Assembly: GCA_016840425.1 (NCBI GenBank)
Contig: JAEOSI010000154.1
Span: forward strand, 1 to 5,663
DNA from: Candidatus Wukongarchaeum yapensis
GTDB taxonomy: Archaea > Asgardarchaeota > Wukongarchaeia > Wukongarchaeales > Wukongarchaeaceae
Length of the DNA stretch: 5,663 nucleotides
Direction of reading: 5' to 3'
Of this stretch, positions 1 through 4,878 are shown piece after piece (position 1 is the first letter of the stretch; each line of letters opens with the position of its first letter). Under the pieces are notes generated by a model, which did no database searches, was not told the origin of the DNA, and saw nothing but the letters and a program-made list of their open reading frames with translations. The position numbers and the translations under genes are program-made.

Positions 1-2
1 GC

Positions 3-161
3 GTAGTTATAAGAACCGCTAGTAAAGCAATTGTCGTGATTCCTGCTGGAGAAAGGGGTATCTTAACCATCGTGACAGCGCCTAAAGAAGAGGAGTCCCT
101 GGGCAAAATAATTCAGAACGCAAGAGAGGCAGCAGCACTTATCGGGAAAAGCTTGAAATAA
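3..161 (+). CDS. Roadblock/LC7 (MglB-like) domain protein, C-terminal part; 5' end lies outside the window
   Basis: Frame +3 is open from the window edge to TAA at 159-161: VVIRTASKAIVVIPAGERGILTIVTAPKEEESLGKIIQNAREAAALIGKSLK*. The pattern of beta strands (V-x-I-x-T, I-V-V-I-P-A-G, I-L-T-I-V) followed by an LG-x-I...R-x-AA-x-x-I terminal helix matches the second half of Roadblock/LC7 domains. Not in the supplied ORF track. Confidence 0.75.
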   Translation, partial: VVIRTASKAIVVIPAGERGILTIVTAPKEEESLGKIIQNAREAAALIGKSLK

Positions 162-250
162 ACATAAAATAAGCCTCTCTTATCACCTTTGTTTTAACCC
201 TATAAAGCCTAGAAACCAACCGTCTTTTAGAAATTGTCATCGTATTTTTT

Positions 251-259
251 GGAGAGGGG
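251..259 (+). promoter_or_regulatory. Shine-Dalgarno-like site for the 265 ORF
   Basis: GGAGAGGGG ends 5 nt before the TTG start at 265. Confidence 0.55.
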
Positions 260-264
260 TTTTT

Positions 265-666
265 TTGAGTGTGATAAGGCTTAGTGAAGGTGAGGGTCGT
301 ACCGAGTTGTATTTGATTGCCGTATTTTCTGGTGATGATTTAATAATTGTGATTTTTGGAGGAGATAGGCCTCATATTGGTAGTGTTAGTGTTGCTTATC
401 CTCCTTTTACGGAGGAGGAAAGGAAGAAGGAGAGAGGGGGAGTTGTTTTAAACACTATATCTTTACCGGGGCATAAGGATTATGTGGTTTCTGAAATGGT
501 GGCGGAGAAGGTTGCGAGGGTTTTGGGAAGGGTTGTTGCTGTGTCTACGGGTATTCATATAGAGAAGGCTTCTAAAGCGGAGATTGAGGAGGTTTTAATG
601 AATTCTGAGAGGTTAACGGATGCGTTTTTAAATGCTTCCAAGCCCGAAGGGACCTATGAGGCTTAG
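265..666 (+). CDS. LpdD-like small protein (prenylated-flavin chaperone / proteasome assembly chaperone PAC3-like fold)
   Basis: 133 aa, TTG start with a good RBS. Motifs GDDL-x-x-x-I-x-GG-D-x-PHIG-x-V, LPGHKD and V-x-V-x-x-GIH are the ones I recognise from the LpdD family. Family recognised by motif only. Confidence 0.7.
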   Translation: MSVIRLSEGEGRTELYLIAVFSGDDLIIVIFGGDRPHIGSVSVAYPPFTEEERKKERGGVVLNTISLPGHKDYVVSEMVAEKVARVLGRVVAVSTGIHIEKASKAEIEEVLMNSERLTDAFLNASKPEGTYEA

Positions 667-1227
667 CGCTCCTGCGAAGGCTCCTCGTCTTGCGTGGATG
701 ACGTCGCGGCCTGTTGCTACTATGATCACGTCGCCGTCTTTTAGGTCGAAGTTGTGGTAGAGGTCGCCGGTTACTACAGGCCAGCGGGAGATTAGACAGA
801 AATCGATGGCTGGTCCTTCAAGTTCTCCTTTTTGGAAGATGATGGTTGTAGCTCCTGTGGATCCTGCGATGAGGGCTATATCTCTTACTTCTACCGTTTT
901 TGAAATGTCTATTTTGTCTGCAATTCCTCTTATCTGGCATGCAAAATCTACGCGAGAAACTGTTAAATCTTTTGCATCAAAGTGTTTACAATCGATTATT
1001 GATTTCTTGATTTTTTTTACAAATTTTCTCCCTTTTTCTGATAAATCGTGGCCTTTTTTCCCGTATTTTTTGCAAAGGTTGTTTTCTGTTAAGCGTTTTA
1101 AAAATGATCTGAGCACTCCTTCAGGAATGCCTGTTATTTCTGAGAGTTTATAGCGGCCCATAGGTCTGTTATATAGTTCAAGTAGGACTATTATTTTGTT
1201 TTCTGGGGTTAGTCTTTCTATAGCCAT
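628..1227 (-). CDS. Winged-HTH protein of the archaeal DUF4443 type (putative transcriptional regulator)
   Basis: 199 aa with ATG start and RBS. The N-terminus P-M-G-R-Y-K-L-S-E-I-T-G-I-P-E-G-V-L-R-S-F-L-K-R-L...K-G-H-D-L-S-E-K-G is an HTH plus wing. The C-terminal E-V-R-D-I-A-L-I-A-G-S-T-G-A-T-T-I-I-F and L-K-D-G-D-V-I-I-V-A-T-G segments match the DUF4443 pattern (RD-x-A-x-x-x-G-x-x-GAT). Confidence 0.75.
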   Translation of the reverse strand: MAIERLTPENKIIVLLELYNRPMGRYKLSEITGIPEGVLRSFLKRLTENNLCKKYGKKGHDLSEKGRKFVKKIKKSIIDCKHFDAKDLTVSRVDFACQIRGIADKIDISKTVEVRDIALIAGSTGATTIIFQKGELEGPAIDFCLISRWPVVTGDLYHNFDLKDGDVIIVATGRDVIHARRGAFAGALSLIGPFGLGSI

Positions 1228-1236
1228 TGGTTAGAA

Positions 1237-1244
1237 CTCCTTCC
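1237..1244 (-). promoter_or_regulatory. Shine-Dalgarno site for the DUF4443 gene
   Basis: Minus strand reads GGAAGGAG, 9 nt before the ATG at 1227. Confidence 0.65.
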
Positions 1245-1406
1245 AAAAACGACTTATTTTTTTACTTTTTTCCCTTTGATAAGAGTTTAAAAGCGAACTA
1301 GAACCGTTTTAAGTCTTTGAAAGAGTGTCTGTTTTTTTTGCTTAAAGCTTTTAGGAAACTTTCTTCTTTTTTGATTAATTGTTTTTGTGGTTTTAATACA
1401 ATATGT

Positions 1407-1425
1407 ATTTATATAAATTTCCTTT
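1407..1425. promoter_or_regulatory. Palindromic archaeal TATA box (possibly bidirectional) with a BRE-like purine run on the minus strand
   Basis: ATTTATATAAAT (1407-1418) is a perfect 12-bp palindrome inside the divergent intergenic region. The minus strand reads AAAGGAAA-TTTATATAAA, resembling BRE plus TATA. Transcription start not verifiable. Confidence 0.5.
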
Positions 1426-1522
1426 ATATGGTTTTAAAACTATAGATATTTTAATATTTTTTGTTGGTTGAAAATTAAGGTTATAGGGATCAATAAGGAA
1501 AAGGAGTGACTTAAAGCTGGAT

Positions 1523-3010
1523 TTGGTTTATGAGAATCTTCCTTGGATTATAAAATATAGGCCGAAAAGTGTTGATGATATTGTGGGAAATGGAAGCGTA
1601 GCTGAGGGTCTTCTTTTATGGATTAAAGCGTGGAGTCCCGAAGTGAAATTAAAAGAGAAGGCGGTTTTGCTTGTGGGGCCTGCTGGTTGTGGGAAAACTT
1701 CTTCGGTTTATGCTGTGGCTTCGGAGCTTGGATATGAGATTAAAGAGATGAACGCTTCAGATGCCAGAAACAGGGAGGCTATGGAGACTATTGCGAGGCA
1801 TTCAGCCTTTGAAGGTTCCTTGGTTACGGGGACGAGGGTAAAAAGATTGCTTTTAATCGATGAGGTTGATGGCATTCATGGTCGTGAGGATAGGGGGGGT
1901 TTAAGTGAATTGTTAAAAATAATTAAAGATTCAAGGGTTCCGATAATTTGTACGGCTAATGATGCTTGGGATCCGAAACTTAGGTCTTTGAGAAATTATT
2001 GTAAGATTTTAAAATTTAGGCGTTTAGGTCCTCCTTCTATAAAAAAGATTTTAAAGCGTATATGTGAGGGGGAGGGGGTTAAGATTACTGAAAATGCTCT
2101 TGATCAGATAGTGGAGAATTGTGGGGGGGATTTGAGGGCTGCTATTAATGATCTTGAAATGATTTGTGTAGGGCGGAAATTAGTGGCTGTGGGTGATACA
2201 AAGGTTTTATCTTCAAGGGATAGGGAAAAAGAAATATTTCAAACCTTAAAAGAGCTTTTTTCTGCAAAAACTCTTAAAGAGGCTGTTTTTTCTGTTAAAG
2301 GTTTAGATATGGATTCTGGAATGTTTTTTAATTGGATTTATGAGAACGCTCATCTTCACGCGGAATCGCCAAAGGAGCTTGTTGAACTTTACGATAGTCT
2401 GGCTATGGCAGACATATTTTGGTGTCGCATTCATCGTAGTCAAAACTGGAAGCTTTTAACTTATTTCTATGATTACCTTACTGGGAGCGTGTGGGCTTCA
2501 AAGGCTGCCCGTTATAAATGGAAAAAATATCAGTTTCCTTCTCTTATTAGCGCTCTTTCAAAGAGTAAAGCTGAAAGAAGAGTTAAGAATCAGTTAGGAG
2601 CAAAGCTAGGGCGAGCTTTTCACGTTTCTATTAACACTGCTTTAAAAGACATTGTTCCCTATTTAAAGGAGATTGTTGGGAACGGTAGTGTTGAAAGAGC
2701 TGCAGAGTTTGTTTATTCTTTAAAGCTTGAAGAAGAAGAGCTTAAGATTTTGGCGGGAGGAAAAACGAAAAAGATTTTGAAAGCTGTGGAAAAAATCGCC
2801 AGGGAACGGCCGAAAATAAGAAAAGTGCCTGAACACCTTGCAAAAAAAGGTGAAATATCAAAAGAAGAAAAGAGCGAGGAAAAGGGCGGGAAAAGAAAAA
2901 AAGGCGTTAAAAAAAGCGAAAAGACGGAGAAAAAGCAGGAAAGAAAGCGAAAAGCTGAAAAAGAAGAAAGATTAACACTTGATACCTTTACTAAAAGAAA
3001 AAAAGTTTAA
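1523..3010 (+). CDS. rfcL: Replication factor C large subunit (archaeal clamp loader)
   Basis: 495 aa. PWIIKYRPKSVDDIVG (RFC box II), Walker A GPAGCGKTS, EMNASD-x-R, Walker B LLLIDEVDG, sensor 1 PIICTAND, sensor 2 GDLRAAINDL, a long Lys/Glu tail and a terminal T-L-D-x-F PIP-like motif. GGAGTGA at 1503-1509 is a plausible but distant RBS for the TTG start. Confidence 0.95.
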   Translation: MVYENLPWIIKYRPKSVDDIVGNGSVAEGLLLWIKAWSPEVKLKEKAVLLVGPAGCGKTSSVYAVASELGYEIKEMNASDARNREAMETIARHSAFEGSLVTGTRVKRLLLIDEVDGIHGREDRGGLSELLKIIKDSRVPIICTANDAWDPKLRSLRNYCKILKFRRLGPPSIKKILKRICEGEGVKITENALDQIVENCGGDLRAAINDLEMICVGRKLVAVGDTKVLSSRDREKEIFQTLKELFSAKTLKEAVFSVKGLDMDSGMFFNWIYENAHLHAESPKELVELYDSLAMADIFWCRIHRSQNWKLLTYFYDYLTGSVWASKAARYKWKKYQFPSLISALSKSKAERRVKNQLGAKLGRAFHVSINTALKDIVPYLKEIVGNGSVERAAEFVYSLKLEEEELKILAGGKTKKILKAVEKIARERPKIRKVPEHLAKKGEISKEEKSEEKGGKRKKGVKKSEKTEKKQERKRKAEKEERLTLDTFTKRKKV

Positions 3011-3040
3011 TACCCGTTAAAATTAAAATGATGAAGGGTT

Positions 3041-3847
3041 GTGTGCGGTTTGGCAAGCCTTATAGAAATTATTGAAGAAAATGTAGATTTTGAAGCTTTT
3101 ACTTTGTTCCTCATGCAGTTAGCGCTCGCAATAGGTATCTTAACTGTGATGTTTTTTATATATCAAATTATGAAGAAGACAGAGATTCGTACAGGAGCTT
3201 CATCTTTAAGATCAAAGCTCTTCCTCTTATCTATAGTTCTTTTCTTCCTTTACGTGCCACTGTTTTTCGGTTATAAATTGGCAAAAATCGAGGAGTTTGG
3301 ATTAACAGACGAAGAAGAAGATCCTTTATACCGTTTAGGATTTTTGGTTTTAGCCATAGGGGGTTTTATCGCTTTTATCTCCGTAATAAGTTTTTATGGG
3401 AGCGTGTATAAGACCGATATGCCGCTGGATGCCGCCTTATTTTACACCCTTTTAGGGGAATTGAAAGTCACTCTAGGAGGTCCAGCGGAAAAAATGATGC
3501 ACAGAGCAGGGCAAAAATATGGGAAAAAAATGGTTGAAAACATCTCCGCGCCCGAATATGAGGATCCCTTGGAGTTTTACGTGAAAAAGATAGAGACAAG
3601 CATGTTTGGAAGAATTAAAAACCTCTCAAAACGCGGAGAAGGGAGGCTACTGATAAACTTTTCCCACGACCCACGCATAAAAAGTATCATGGAAGACAAC
3701 CTTCCTTGCTCCTTTATCAAAGGATACTTGGAGGGCGTAGCAAATCAGATTCACGGAGGAGAATATGAGGCCACAGAAACCACATGCCAAACAAAAGGTC
3801 AAGAATTTTGCACGTTCGAAGTCGGTCCAAAGACTACGCCAGGTTAA
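3041..3847 (+). CDS. Membrane protein with three N-terminal TM helices and a C-terminal V4R (Bet3/TRAPP-like fold) domain
   Basis: Hydrophobic runs at aa ~19-44, 60-78 and 99-122. The C-terminus has A-G-x-x-x-G-K, P-C-S-F-I-K-G-Y-L-E-G-V and E-T-T-C-x3-G-x3-C-x-F-x-V, typical of V4R. The true start may be the in-frame TTG at 3050, which is better spaced from GAAGGG (3033-3038) than the GTG at 3041. Confidence 0.85.
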   Translation: MCGLASLIEIIEENVDFEAFTLFLMQLALAIGILTVMFFIYQIMKKTEIRTGASSLRSKLFLLSIVLFFLYVPLFFGYKLAKIEEFGLTDEEEDPLYRLGFLVLAIGGFIAFISVISFYGSVYKTDMPLDAALFYTLLGELKVTLGGPAEKMMHRAGQKYGKKMVENISAPEYEDPLEFYVKKIETSMFGRIKNLSKRGEGRLLINFSHDPRIKSIMEDNLPCSFIKGYLEGVANQIHGGEYEATETTCQTKGQEFCTFEVGPKTTPG

Positions 3848-3859
3848 AAAACCAGAAAT

Positions 3860-3921
3860 CCAAGAGAACAGTGGAAGAGGAAAAAAGTAAATTCAAAGAA
3901 ATAATTTTACTTTTCTTATTT
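3860..3921. terminator. Candidate bidirectional terminator between convergent genes
   Basis: AAAAGTAAA (3883-3891) and TTTACTTTT (3906-3914) form a 9-bp inverted repeat. T-rich tracts follow on the + strand (3905-3921) and on the - strand (TTTACTTTTTTCCTCTTCC), consistent with archaeal oligo-U termination. Confidence 0.45.
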
Positions 3922-4863
3922 TTAGACTTGTAGGGTTTTTAGGGTTTTTTCTAAGGTTTCTTTATCAGGTAGGGGCTTTATGGCACCTCTTCCAAGGGTT
4001 TTTAACGCTGCAACAGTATTTGCAATTTCTGCAGCTTTAAAAGGGTTTTCTTCTTCGAGAAGAGAGTTTAAAAAAGCACCACAAAAAGCATCGCCAGTAC
4101 CTGTTGTATCTTTTGCTTCCACCTTTAATTTTTGAGAAACCTTCCTAATTTCCCCATTATAGCCAATTACAGCGCCTTTACAACCAGTTTTCACACAGAC
4201 AATTTCTACGCCAAAATCCCAAAACTTTTTTATCACATCTTCTGGGGAACTTATCCCTAAAAGCTTCTCCGTCTCCTGGGGTGCAGATGGAAAAATAATG
4301 TCGATAAACTCTATTACGTCTTTTAAAGCTTCTTTAGCCTTCTCTGCTGGCCAAAGCTTTTGACGAAAGTTAGGGTCAAAAGAGGTCTTAACCCCTGTGT
4401 CTTTTGCAATTTCTAAAGCGGTTTTCACGGTCTCTTTCGAAGAATCAGAGATCGCTTGAGAGATCCCTGAAGTGTGAAAAATCTTAGCGCTCTTTATATA
4501 TTCTGGACGTAGGTCTTTAGGCGTTATGGTGCTTGGTGCGCTGTCTTTGCGATAATAGATGAATTCGCGCTCATCCTCCGGCTTTAAGATTATGAAATAG
4601 AGACCATTAAAACCGTAAGGCTCAATGATAACGTTGGAAGTATTGATATCAAGAGCTTTCCAATTTTCAAGCAAGTAGTCTCCAAAAGGATCTCCGCCTA
4701 TTTTAGTTATATATCCAACCTTGCTACCCAGTTTTGATGCTGCTGCTATAACGTTTAAAGTATCTCCTGCGAAAGATTTCTCAAAATATCTGGATTCTGC
4801 CATGCTTTTTTCTGAGAAAAGTTCGATCATACATTCCCCAAGACTTACTATGTCTAAAGTCAT
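3922..4863 (-). CDS. kdgK: PfkB/ribokinase-family sugar kinase, most like 2-keto-3-deoxygluconate kinase
   Basis: 313 aa. SLGECMIEL, AGDTLNV...SKLG, IGGDPFG, YYRK-x-SA, SFDPNFRQKLW (KdgK-type DPN-x-R-x-x-LW) and the PfkB signature DTTGTGDAFCGAF. Directly downstream (15 nt) of a class I aldolase gene. Family is secure; substrate and symbol are inferred. Confidence 0.75.
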   Translation of the reverse strand: MTLDIVSLGECMIELFSEKSMAESRYFEKSFAGDTLNVIAAASKLGSKVGYITKIGGDPFGDYLLENWKALDINTSNVIIEPYGFNGLYFIILKPEDEREFIYYRKDSAPSTITPKDLRPEYIKSAKIFHTSGISQAISDSSKETVKTALEIAKDTGVKTSFDPNFRQKLWPAEKAKEALKDVIEFIDIIFPSAPQETEKLLGISSPEDVIKKFWDFGVEIVCVKTGCKGAVIGYNGEIRKVSQKLKVEAKDTTGTGDAFCGAFLNSLLEEENPFKAAEIANTVAALKTLGRGAIKPLPDKETLEKTLKTLQV

Positions 4864-4878
4864 CGGTATCCATAACCC

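Noticed and set aside
806-1153. 115-aa + strand ORF from the track
   Set aside because: Lies wholly antisense to the DUF4443 gene, has no recognisable motif or RBS, and its Ser/Phe-rich composition is what the reverse complement of a Lys/Glu-rich gene gives.
1893-2129. Two G7 homopolymers in rfcL (1893-1899 and 2123-2129) as phase-variation tracts
   Set aside because: Both encode Gly-Gly in conserved parts of an essential gene that is in frame, and they fit the local G-rich skew.
3008-3043. rfcL and the V4R gene share a reading frame, suggesting a readthrough fusion
   Set aside because: Three in-frame stops intervene (TAA 3008-3010, TGA 3029-3031, TGA 3032-3034).
3028-3075. 15-codon ATG-initiated ORF (MMKGCVRFGKPYRNY) overlapping the V4R start
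   Set aside because: No RBS upstream, very short, and expected by chance; nothing supports translation.
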